NCBI GenBank assembly: GCA_026770705.1
Contig: JANJGN010000009.1
Span: forward strand, 13,392,001 to 13,456,000
DNA length: 64,000 bases
Direction of reading: 5' to 3'
Origin: Isurus oxyrinchus
Lineage: Eukaryota
Within the stretch, counting starts at the first letter, position 1. Each line of letters starts with the position of its first letter. Under the pieces are notes generated by a model. That model saw nothing but the letters and a program-made list of their open reading frames with translations, made no database searches and was not told where the DNA came from. The position numbers and the translations under genes were made by a program. This document shows, one piece after another, positions 54,187-64,000 of the stretch.

Positions 54187-54315
54187 GGGTGGGATTTTCG
54201 GTCCCCACCTGTCCCCGGGGGTCATCTGGTCCCGCTGAAAGTCCATGGACCTTTGGTTGTGGCACTGAATCTCCCACGATGGGTCCTGCCACGGTGGGGC
54301 TGGAAAATCCCGGCC
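54187..54315. mobile_element. ~130-bp MITE (GGCCGGGATTTT TIR family)
   Basis: Same family as 59435-59564; interrupts CR1. Confidence 0.75.
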
Positions 54316-54412
54316 TAAGCGATGGCTTGATTGAAGCCTCTAAAGATCCTGAGGGCCGTTGACAGGGTGGATGTGGACAGAATGTTTCCCCTTGTGGGAG
54401 AATCTAGAAATA

Positions 54413-55095
54413 GGGCAGAGGTTTTAGGTCAGCGTGTGGACACACGCCCAACCAGATCGGACGTGAAATCGCACGGGTTGATGTTGGGCGAGCGTCCCGA
54501 TGTCACGCCACACTCGCGTGATATTTCGGTTGGCAGGCGCACGCAAAAGTCGGGAGCACGCCCACCAATAATTAAGAGGACAATTAAGATAATTAAAAGT
54601 TGTAATTGTCTCTGAATCTTTGTGGGTCCATCGAACCTTACAGTTGACGGACGGGCAAATCGGCCAGGTGGACTTTGCACTTTTCATGAAACCTCATCCA
54701 AGGGCGGGATGAAGTTTCCATTATTAAATTTTAAAAAAATCCAAGGACAGCATTTTTATCATGTATATGTTCAGGTGACTGATTGTGATATGTGGACATT
54801 TTTTTCCTGAGTTTACGCACTTTATTTATTCGTTTTAAAGTCTTCAGCTCCCTGAGGCAGCTTTCTACCTTCAGGGAGCTTTCATCCAGCACTTGCCTGC
54901 ATTTATGTCAGCGCCCGCCCTCCTCCCACACCCAGCACCATCCGGCAGCGCTGAGCATTTCAGAGCTCGCTTCTTGCTGGCTGGTCATTAATTGCTCAGC
55001 CAGCATGACATCGAGGTCAGGGGCCGATCGCGGCCGGCAGTCCGTTTCCCGGCCGATCCAGGGCCCGCCCACTGACCGACCTAAAAATCCTGCCC
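54413..55095. mobile_element. Harbinger-type MITE
   Basis: GGGCAGAGGTTTTAGGTC / GACCTAAAAATCCTGCCC termini, TA on both flanks. Confidence 0.88.
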
Positions 55096-55379
55096 TAGGG
55101 CTCACTGTTTGAAGATAAGGGGTCACCCATTTAAGACAGAGATGAGAATTTTTTTCTCTCAGAGTGTTGTACGTCTTCGGAACTCTCTTCCTCAAATGGT
55201 AGTGGAAGCAGTGTCTATGAATATTTTTAAGGCAGAGGTAAATAGATTCATGATAAACAAGGAGGTGAAAAGTTATCAGGGATAGGTAGAGGTTACAATC
55301 TAACCAGCCATGATCCATTGAATGGTGAAGCAGGATCAAGGCCTACTCCTGCTCCTAATTCATATGTTTGTATGTTTGC

Positions 55380-55735
55380 ATGATTTTGACCCTGCGACGG
55401 TGAAGGAACGGCGATATATTTCTAGGTTAGGATAGTGTGGGGCTTGGAGGGGAGCTTCTCAGTGATGGTGTTCCCATGCATCTGCCGCCTCTTATCCTTT
55501 TAGATTGGAGTGGTCGTGGGTTTGGAAGGTGCTGCCTAAGAAGCCTTGGTGAGTTCCTGCAGAGTATCTTGTAGATGGTACACACTGCTGCTACTGTGTG
55601 TTGGTGGTGAAGGGGGTGAATGTTTGTGGATGTGGTGCCAATCAAGCAGGGCTGCTTTGTCCTGGATGGTGTTGAGCTTCTTGAGTGTTGTTGGAGTTGC
55701 ACTCATCCAGGCAATTGGGGAGTATTCCATCACAA
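55380..55735 (-). mobile_element. Non-LTR retrotransposon fragment
   Basis: MEYSPIAWMSATPTTLKKLNTIQDKAA; same family as 16025. Confidence 0.8.
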
Positions 55736-56033
55736 AGACAAGGCATATATATGGGGCAAGTGAGTGGCCAAAAATTTGGCACATGGAGTGTAATGTGGGA
55801 AAATGTGAACATGTCCACTTTGGCAGGAAGAATAGAAAAGCAGTATATTATTTAAATGGGGAGAGATTGCAGAATTCAGTGATACAGAGGGATCTGGGTG
55901 TCCTGGTACACGAATCACAAAAAGTTAGTATGCAGGTACAGCAAGTGATTAGGAAGGCAAATGTAATTTTGACATTTATTGCAAGGGAGATGGAATATAA
56001 AAGTAAGTGAGTGTTAGTGAGATCAGATCCATA

Positions 56034-58975
56034 GAACCATAGAAAAGTTAAGGCACAGAAAGAGACCATTCAACCCATCTTGTCGATGCCGGCCAGAAAA
56101 AGATAAAAAAGAAAATAGCTGCTCATTTTATTCCCACTTTCTAGCACCTGATCCATAGGCTTGCAGGTTACAGCGCTTCAGATGTAGATCCAGGTACCTT
56201 TGAATGAGTTGAGCATTTCAGCCTCAACCACCAATTCAGGCAGTGAATTCCAGACACTCACCACCCTCTGGGTGAGAAAGGTTTTCCTCGTACCCCCTCC
56301 AATCCTTCTACCAATTGCCTTAAATCTATGCCCCCTGGTAATTGACCCCTCAGCTAGGTGAAAAAAGTCTTTCCTGTCTATCTTACCTAGGCCCCTCATA
56401 ATTCTATATTTGGTCACACCTTAGCCTCATCTGTTCTAAGGAAAACAACCCTAACCTATCCAATCTTTCCTCATAGCTGCAGTTTTCAAGCCCTGGCATA
56501 CACTCTCTCCAGAGCAATTAAGTCTCTCATGTTATGTGGTGACCAGAGCTGTACACAAAATTCCAGCTGTGCCCTAACCAGTATTTTATACAGTTCCATC
56601 ATTATATCGCTGCTTTTGCATTTAATACCTTGTCCAATAAAGGAAAACATTCCATATGTTTTCCTTACCACCTTATCCACCTGTCCCGCCACCTTCAAGG
56701 ACCTGTGGACCTGCACTCCAAGGAATTTCACTTCCTTGACCCCTCTCAGCATTCTCCCATTTATTAAGCTTTCCCTTGCTTTGTTTGTCTTCCCCAAATG
56801 CATTACCTCACACTTTTCCAGATTGAATTCCATTTGCCACTTTTCTGTCCAGTCAACCAAACCATTGATATCATTCTGGAGACAACAGCTATCCTCTTCA
56901 CTATGAACTACATGGCCAATTTTTGTGTCATCTGCAAATTTCCCAATCATACCTCCCACGTTTATGTCCAAATTATTAATACATTCAACAAACAGCAAGG
57001 GCACCAACACTGAGCCCTGTGGAACACTACTGGAAGCTGCTGTCCATTTGCAAATATATCCATTGACCATTACCCTTTGTTTCCTGTCACTGAGCCAATT
57101 TTGGATCCAACTCACCACCTTCCCCTATATCCCACGGGATCTCATTTTTCTGACCAGTCTACCATATGGGACCTTGTCAAAAGCCTTACTAAAATCCATG
57201 TAGACAAAATCCACAGCACTACCCTCATCAATCTTCCTTGTTCCTTCCTCAAAAAATTCTATTAAGTTAATAAGTCCAGGGGCAGGACATTGAGTTCGGC
57301 GAGCAGGGGGCGGGGCCTGCTTGTCGATGCGTAAAATGATGTGGGATGACGTTGGGCGGAACTCCCAATGTCACCCTGCGTCATTTCAATTTTTCAGGTC
57401 GGCGGGGACACAGCCAAATCAGCTGTGCACCCACCGACCTGTCAATGGCCAATTGAGGTCATTTAAAAACTAATTGAAGTACTTAAAAGACCTGCCAGTC
57501 AAACCTTAAGGTTGGTGCACAAGCTGGGAGCCCTGGCAGGCTTCAGAAAAAGGATGAGGTTTCATGTAGGTTTTTAAAACTTTAATTAAAAGTTTAGTTA
57601 AAAGTGATGGACATGTCCCAGCTCATGTGATAGTGTCACATGAGGGGACATGTCAGGGAAGTTTTATTTTTCTATATTCCACATTTTTGAATTTGACGCT
57701 GATCTCCCTGAGGCAGCACTTAGCCTCAGGGAGATAAGTGCACTCGTTAGCGCACATGCTTAGGAAATCCCTCCCCCCTGCCTGCACAGGGAGCACACAG
57801 GGCTTCCTGGCAGACGTCACGCTTGGCAGGCCTTAACTGACCCGCCCACGTAAAATGGCACGTGCCCCCAATTGGGAGTGTCGATCGGAGGTGTGCCTGC
57901 ACCCGCCCGCTCCTGAACAAAAATTCTTCCCATGATCTGCTCCTAACAAAACCCAGCTGATTGTCCCTGGTTAATGAGTGTCTTTCTAAGTGACAATTTA
58001 TCCTGTCTCTCAGAATTGATTCCAATAATTTGCCCACCGCTGAAGTCAGACTGACCGGTCTGTAAATTTCTGGCTTATCACTTGCACCCTTTTAAAATAA
58101 TGGTACAATATTTGCAGACCTCTGACCCCCTAGTACCTCACCTGGATCTAGTGAGGATTGGAAAATGATCCTCAGAGCACCCGTTATTTCTTCCCTGGCC
58201 TTCTTTAACAGCCTGGGATACAATTCATCCGACCCTGGTGACTTGTCCACCTTCAAGGGCGTTAGTCACTCCAGTACTTCCTCTCTCACTATGATTATTG
58301 CATCTAATATTTGACACTCCTCCTCATTAACTAAACGTCTTCATCACCCCTCTCCTTAGTGAAGACAGAGACAAAGTACTCATTGAGAACCCTGCCCACA
58401 CCTTCAGCATCAAAGCGCAAGTTACCATGTACAGCTCTGATAGGCCCTACCCTTTCCTTAGTTATTCTGTCGCTCTTAATTTGCTGGTAAAATATCTTAG
58501 GATTTTCTTTGATTTTACCTGCCAATATTTTTCCGTATCCTCTTTGCTTTCCTAATTTCCATTTTTACTTCACCCCTGTACTTGCTATACTCCCCTAGGC
58601 TTTCTACAGTATTAAGTCTTTTGTGAGTGTCATAAGCTCTCTTTTTCTGCTTTATCTTGGCCTTTCTGCTTCTGGATGACCAGGGAGCTCTAGATTTGGC
58701 AGTACCATGTTTTTTTTTTGTGGGGACATGTTTACACTGTGCCCGTAGAATCTCGCTTTTGAATGCCTCCCACTAATAGCTGTATTCAGTCCACTCTCAC
58801 CAGCTTACTTTTGAGCTTTAACTTTCACTCCTGTTCTATCTTTGTCCTTTTCCATAATGATGCTAAATCGAACTGTACTATGTTCACAATCTCTAAAATG
58901 GTCCCCCACTGCTACTTCATCCGCTTGCTCAGTTTCATTTCCTACCGCTAAATCTAGAATTGCATCCCCTCTCGT
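56034..58975 (-). mobile_element. CR1 LINE on the minus strand, nested in a plus-strand CR1
   Basis: ORF 56486-57118 VPQGSVL..KFADDTK; the host reads GTGAGATCAGATC|TGGAGTGCTGCGTACAG across it. Confidence 0.9.
57280..57931. mobile_element. Harbinger-type MITE
   Basis: GGGCAGGA.../...AAAATTCTTCCC termini; matches 28070-28720. Confidence 0.85.
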
Positions 58976-59434
58976 TGGAGTGCTGCGTACAGTTTTGGTC
59001 TCCTTATTCAAAAAAATATATAATTGCATTAGTAGCAGTTCAGGTTTAACTCACTCGTGGAATGAGGGACTTATGAAGAAAGTTTGAACAGGTTGGGCCT
59101 ATACCCTTTGGAATTTAGAAGAATGAGAGGTGATCTTATTGAAACATATAAGATCCTTAGGGGATTTGATAGGGTAAATATTGGGAAGACGTTGCCACTT
59201 GTCAGAGAGACTAGAACCAGGTTTAAGGATACGTGGTCTACTATTTAAGACACAGATGAGGAGAAGTTTTTTCTCTTAGAGGGGCATTAGTCGGTGGAAT
59301 TCTCTTCCCCAGAAAGCAGTGGAGGCTGGGTCATTGAATTTATTCAAGGCAGAGTTAGATGGATTTTTGATAGACAAGGGAGTAAAGAGTTCATGAGGAG
59401 CAGGCAGGCAAGGTGGAATTGAGCCCACAACTAG

Positions 59435-59564
59435 GGTCAGGATTTTCCCGCACTCGCCCTCTGCCACGATCTTCGGGTCCCACCACAAGTCAATGGACTT
59501 CTGTCTGGGGCGCCGCCTCGTCCGTGGTGGGTCCCACCCGCAGCAGGGCTGGAAAATCCCGGCC
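59435..59564. mobile_element. 130-bp MITE with 3-bp TAG TSD
   Basis: TAG-GGTCAGGATTTT...AAAATCCCGGCC-TAG. Confidence 0.85.
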
Positions 59565-59907
59565 TAGATCAGCCATGGTCTTATTGAATGGCAGAGCTGA
59601 CTTGAAGGGCTGAATGGCCTAATCCTGCCCCAAAGTCTTAAGTTCCTGTATTCCAATGGATAAAGCAACAATCGACTAACACATTGAAAGAGAAGTCAAT
59701 CTGGCAAAAATGAAGAAGGCACAAGGCTAAAGTAGTCACCCTGCCACCTTCTCGGGCAGTAGGTTTACCATAACAGTGCCAGCTACCTGGGCATAACAGA
59801 GCAATGAGAGGACTCAGGATGGCTGGTGTGACTGTGTCGATCCAACTTGACAACAGAGACCTTCAGGGTTAGTCCGCTAAGTGAAATGCACTATCTGTGA
59901 CAGAGGG

Positions 59908-60007
59908 CGGGGATTTCCTGCTCCTGCCCACCGTGGGTATCATCTCGGGAAGGACAGAAAATTTGACGGACCAACAAAAGGCCACTGCGGGACCAGAAAA
60001 TCCCACC
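59908..60007. mobile_element. Short MITE (related family)
   Basis: GGCGGGGATTT...AAAATCCCACC. Confidence 0.55.
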
Positions 60008-60389
60008 CAGCGAGTTTTTTGTCAGAGCACCCTAACAGATAAAAGGCAAAGATAGTGATGTAGTGATGATGTCACTAGTCTTTAGTAAAACAAGTAGTCC
60101 AGAGGCCCAGACTAATGGTCTGAGGACAGGACTTCAAATCCACCGAGGTAGCTGGTGGAATTTAAATTCAGTTAATAAAAAATCTAGAATTGAAAGCTGG
60201 ACTCAGTACTGCTGACTATGAACTATCACCAATTGTTGTAAAAACCCATCTGGTTCACTAATGCCCTTTAGGGAAGGAAATCTGCCATCTTTACCTAGTC
60301 TGGACTATATGTGACTCACAGAAATGTGGTTGACTCTTAACTGCTCTCTGAAATGGCCTAGAAAGCCACTCAGTTCAAGGGAAGTTAGG

Positions 60390-60621
60390 TGAAAACAAAG
60401 AAAACTGCGGATGCTGGAAATCCAAAACAAAAACAGAATTAGCTGGAAAAACTCAGCAGGTCTGGCAGCATCGGCGGAGAAGAAAAGAGTTGACGTTTCG
60501 AGTCCTCATGACCCTTCGACAGAACGAACGGGTCATGAGGACTCGAAACGTCAACTCTTTTCTTCTCCGCCGATGCTGCCAGACCTGCTGAGTTTTTCCA
60601 GGTAATTCTGTTTTTGTTTTG
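60390..60621 (-). mobile_element. Palindromic Penelope-like pLTR insertion (inverted pair plus ~33-nt tail), 14-bp TSD
   Basis: TSD CAAGGGAAGTTAGG at 60376-60389 and 60622-60635; near-identical to 21750-21990 in the opposite orientation. Confidence 0.93.
60486..60525 (-). ncRNA. Minimal hammerhead ribozyme-like motif (best preserved core)
   Basis: GTT-CTGTCGA-A-GGGTC-ATGAG-GACTC-GAAACGTC-AACTCT, with palindromic ACGT in stem III. Confidence 0.72.
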
Positions 60622-61587
60622 CAAGGGAAGTTAGGGATGACCAACAAATGCTAGCCTTGCTGATGATGACCACATCCCATGAAAGAAAAAAAAAACCTCA
60701 CAATTGACTCCATATCGGTATCCACAGGCATATGGGGGAGTGTGTTCTAGGTTTTTACTACCCTTTGTGTGAAAAGGGTTTGGGTTAAAATCCTGGAACA
60801 GATTAGTTCTTTGCTGTTTGTGGGACCTTGCTATGTGCAAGTTGGCTGCTGTGTGTCTTATATTAAAGCAGTGACTATACTTCAAAAGTACTTCATTGGT
60901 TGTAGTGTGTTTTGTGGAAGGCTGAGGTTGTGAAAGGTGCTATATAAATACAATACAGTCTTTTTTTCCCTATATCTTTTCCTAACTCCCATATAATTTT
61001 TCTGATAATTGATCTCTCAAACAGTGGTCACTCAAAGTCACTATTTCAGCATCCATTGACTTTTGGGGGAGTGGGTTCTAGATTTTTACTAGCCTTTATG
61101 TGAATAAGTGCTTCTTGCTTTCACTCCGAAATGGCCTTGCTTAGTCATCAGCCCTATCTTTTCTCTTTACAGCCGTTGATACATCTCTGGATTTCCAGAA
61201 TTTTCTCCACACATTGGATTTCTGGCAATTATATTTTATCCTTTGAATCCTTGTGCATGGTTATATTGTTTTGGTTAACCCATATAGGATGCATATTATG
61301 AAACAAAAAGGAACATCAATTACCTACAAATATGCACTGCTCATGAAGGGTGCCCTGTTTCTGGTGTTGCCAAGTAATTTTAAGCTGTAATTTTAAACCT
61401 ACTTTTCCATCACATGGACGTGCAGGATTGGAGCAGCTAATTAACAAGTGCCAGCATGCGATGTTAATTATTACAATCTTGCTACCAATATAACAAAAGT
61501 ATATTGGTGAACCACATACCAAATTGAGGCCAAAATGTGGTGGTATTCAGATGGAAAAGAAAGAAAAAGACTAAGAAGTAGTTCTGA

Positions 61588-62392
61588 TGTGTAAGTTACC
61601 ATTGTAATATAGGAAACACTGCAGCCAGTTTGCACACAGCAAGCTCCCACAATGATAACAAACTGGGGTCTGGAATAAACAGGTATTTTCTGCATAGTAT
61701 AGGACCTTCATAGGATTGTCTAAACAACATTGATTCTCTCTCTGGAAAGAGGGTGTTGACATTCCTGAGCCGATAAGATTGTGTCTTGTGCACCCCCTTA
61801 TCTATGCAAGTGTTTAGAAAGGGTCAGGATATAACCCTCAGCAAGGTGTAAATTAAGAAGCTGTTCTCAAACAGGGTGACGCACAAGGCGGGTAGTAACC
61901 ACCCTGATGTTTTGACTATCTGTCTTGTATCCATTGGTCAGAATATTTAGGTAGATGATTGACACTGGGGAAGCTACCAGCCCCCCAGTAAAGGGTATAT
62001 AGATTGGTTCATACTGGTGAGGGGCTGTGGTTCTGAGGCTGAGGTACTGCTGAGGTGCTGGTGAGGAGGCTGAGGGGCTGCTGAGGTGCTGTTGAGGTGC
62101 TGGTGAGGAGGCTGATGAGTTGGTGAGGTAGCAGTGCTCATTGAGCAGCTGCCTTCTTCAGATGGAAGATGGACCAGAGGAGGAGCAGGAAGATCGAGGG
62201 ATTGAGGGAAAAGTTTCCTAAAGCATTTCTAGAGAGTGGAGTGCTGTTATCACAAGCTGTCACTTGTTGTATCCTTTTTCTCATTAGTTAATATATCATA
62301 TCTAAGCTGTTGTTTCTTAAGAAACTATCTTAAAATTATTTATCGACTGCCTATTTAGGTGTCTGTGGCCCCGAGTCCAGAAATCTTACACA
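61588..62392. mobile_element. Possible solo LTR
   Basis: TGTGTAAG...CTTACACA inverted ends, TATA-like GGTATATAG, internal GCTGAGGT repeats; no clear TSD. Confidence 0.4.
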
Positions 62393-62394
62393 AT

Positions 62395-62625
62395 CAGCGA
62401 TGAATTAAATGACCAGTTTGTTGGTGGATAAGTGATGGCCAGACACCCCTGGTCTTTTCTCAATAGGGCCTTCGGATTTTTTGCACACAGCTGTGAAGGA
62501 AGACGGTTCACTGTCTCACCTGAAACACTGTACTTCCGACAGTACAACTGTCTTTCAGTACTGCACAGGAATGTCAGCCTAGATTTTGTGCTCACATTTC
62601 TGGATCAGAGATGAGAGTACTACCC
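62395..62625 (-). mobile_element. Deu-domain SINE fragment
   Basis: Reverse complement of the core (CAGTACTGCAC..TGTCAGCCTAGATT..GTGCTCA). Confidence 0.6.
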
Positions 62626-63689
62626 ACGGAGCTTCGTTTATAAAGAAAAGTCAAAGGATTTCGACAGAAATATTTAAACAGCAACTGAAAAAATAAATGA
62701 TGTGTATCAGGGAAAACTTTTCCTTTACTTGCTCCCCGCATGCAAATTTCAAATGGCTGTGAGATGGATATGCCCATCAGGAGCAAGTTGAAAGGAATCT
62801 TATCTGAGTGGAATGAAAATGGGATGGAAAAAAAAAAACAGCCTTTTTGTTCTCTATTGGAAGTCAAGCCCTGGACCTTGCCACCAGAATTGAAGTTAGC
62901 ACCAAGAAAAGGAAAATCAGAGCTATTATCTTAATTGTGTAATCAATTGAAAAACAGAAATACCAATTGTAATTTAAATCTCCATAAATAAAACCTTGAT
63001 GTGTTGCACAATGAATTGATTAAAAATGCTTTTTGCTGTAAAATAATCTCTTTATGCAATATTCATGACACAGTCTAAATTGCCACTATGATCATTGCCT
63101 TTTCCCGATTCCATCTCTATTTATGTATTTACAACATGTTAGTATGCCCTGCAGCTGGATTAGATGGACCTCAAAGGAATCAGTGCTGTTATCATGGGAT
63201 AAAGCGTTTACAGGGAAGATAATTATTTTAAATGCTCCACCTGCAGAGCTAGCAGTTACGATTTGAATTGGGTAAATGAAGCATTGGAATAATATGGACC
63301 CATGGACATGAGGTGCCAGGCAGAAATGTGTGAAAATAATAGCATTAAAATTAGCTTTCACAGAACTGCACAACTCCAATATTCAAATCAGTCACTTGCA
63401 TTTTACTTTATGTCGCCTTATGAACTCATATTACCTGTTCATCCAGTACCTATTCATCATCAACATTCCATTTATCACTACCTGCACCCCTCTTTGGAGC
63501 TTATAATTAGCCCCATTCAATTTAAACTTCTTTTGGGAGATTGAATCCCTTCTAGTTAAAGGGTCTTCAGTGAGAAGCTAGAATCATCAAAGTTTTCTGC
63601 TTTTATTTGGCATTTCCTTTACTCCATTTTTTTGTGGCTGCTTATATTGTTTCTGCTTTGTTAAAGACTTGCATAGTTCTGTCTACATA

Positions 63690-64000
63690 CCAGTAGAGGC
63701 TAAAAAAATCTGTTTGTCAGTGAAAATGGGCACGGAGATCGCAATGTGAGATTAATCTGTACCCGTTCATAATAATGCAGGCAGCAGGCAAACTAAGTGC
63801 ACCTGCTAATTTAAATGATCGTGGCAAAACCGATAGGGTCAAGTTCTGCGCCCTGTTGTATCATTTTCACATTTCCTGCTCCATAAACTCTTCCACAATG
63901 GCTTCCACCACCTGCTGCAGCCAGACTGCACCTTGCCTTTAAGAAATGCGGGCAGGCTCTTAGTCACACAGGCTAGCTTTAAGTGATGCCAACCTCACAC
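63690..64000. mobile_element. Probable old Harbinger-type element end, cut by the window edge
   Basis: Resembles the left end of 35990 (GTGAAAATGG.., CATAATAATGCA). Confidence 0.4.

Larger units (their letters stand above)
48640..59650 (+). mobile_element. Nested CR1 LINE cluster (at least two + strand copies with endonuclease/RT remnants)
   Basis: IIMGDFN, LGDSNHN, QSQHGFVKGESCLTNLLEFFE, YLDFQKAFD, PQGSVLGP; 3' ends at ~55375 and ~59650. Confidence 0.92.
60050..60692 (+). mobile_element. tRNA-derived SINE interrupted by the PLE palindrome
   Basis: Same family as 26628; its tail is split at CAAGGGAAGTTAGG. Confidence 0.8.

Noticed and set aside
62030-62130. Coding repeat (GCTGAGGT-rich)
   Set aside because: Low-complexity degenerate repeat inside an LTR-like element

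Overview
Eukaryotic, vertebrate-type DNA that is very rich in repeats. The repeat set (CR1 and L2 LINEs, a Deu-domain SacSINE1-like SINE, Penelope elements, Mag-clade Gypsy) points to a cartilaginous fish, probably a shark. This is inferred from family resemblance, not from a search. I found no convincing host exon and no intact coding gene; most ORFs in the track are decayed transposon frames or chance ORFs. Main contents: two decayed Gypsy LTR retrotransposons (1-4691 +, ~40333-44097 -), two deleted PIF/Harbinger DNA transposons and many related MITEs, several solo LTRs with target-site duplications (TSDs), and a deeply nested CR1 stack at 48.6-59.7 kb. The most interesting signal is a Penelope-like (PLE) group. 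It includes one GIY-YIG-bearing 3' fragment and two ~235-bp non-coding palindromic insertions (21750-21990, 60390-60621). Each palindrome is two inverted pseudo-LTR (pLTR) ends carrying a minimal hammerhead-ribozyme motif with a non-canonical CUGUYGA core, folds back at the ribozyme's 5' edge and has a 14-16 bp TSD. There is also an unexplained 219-bp near-perfect inverted duplication (15189-15828). Coordinates were read by eye, and the boundaries of old repeats are approximate.
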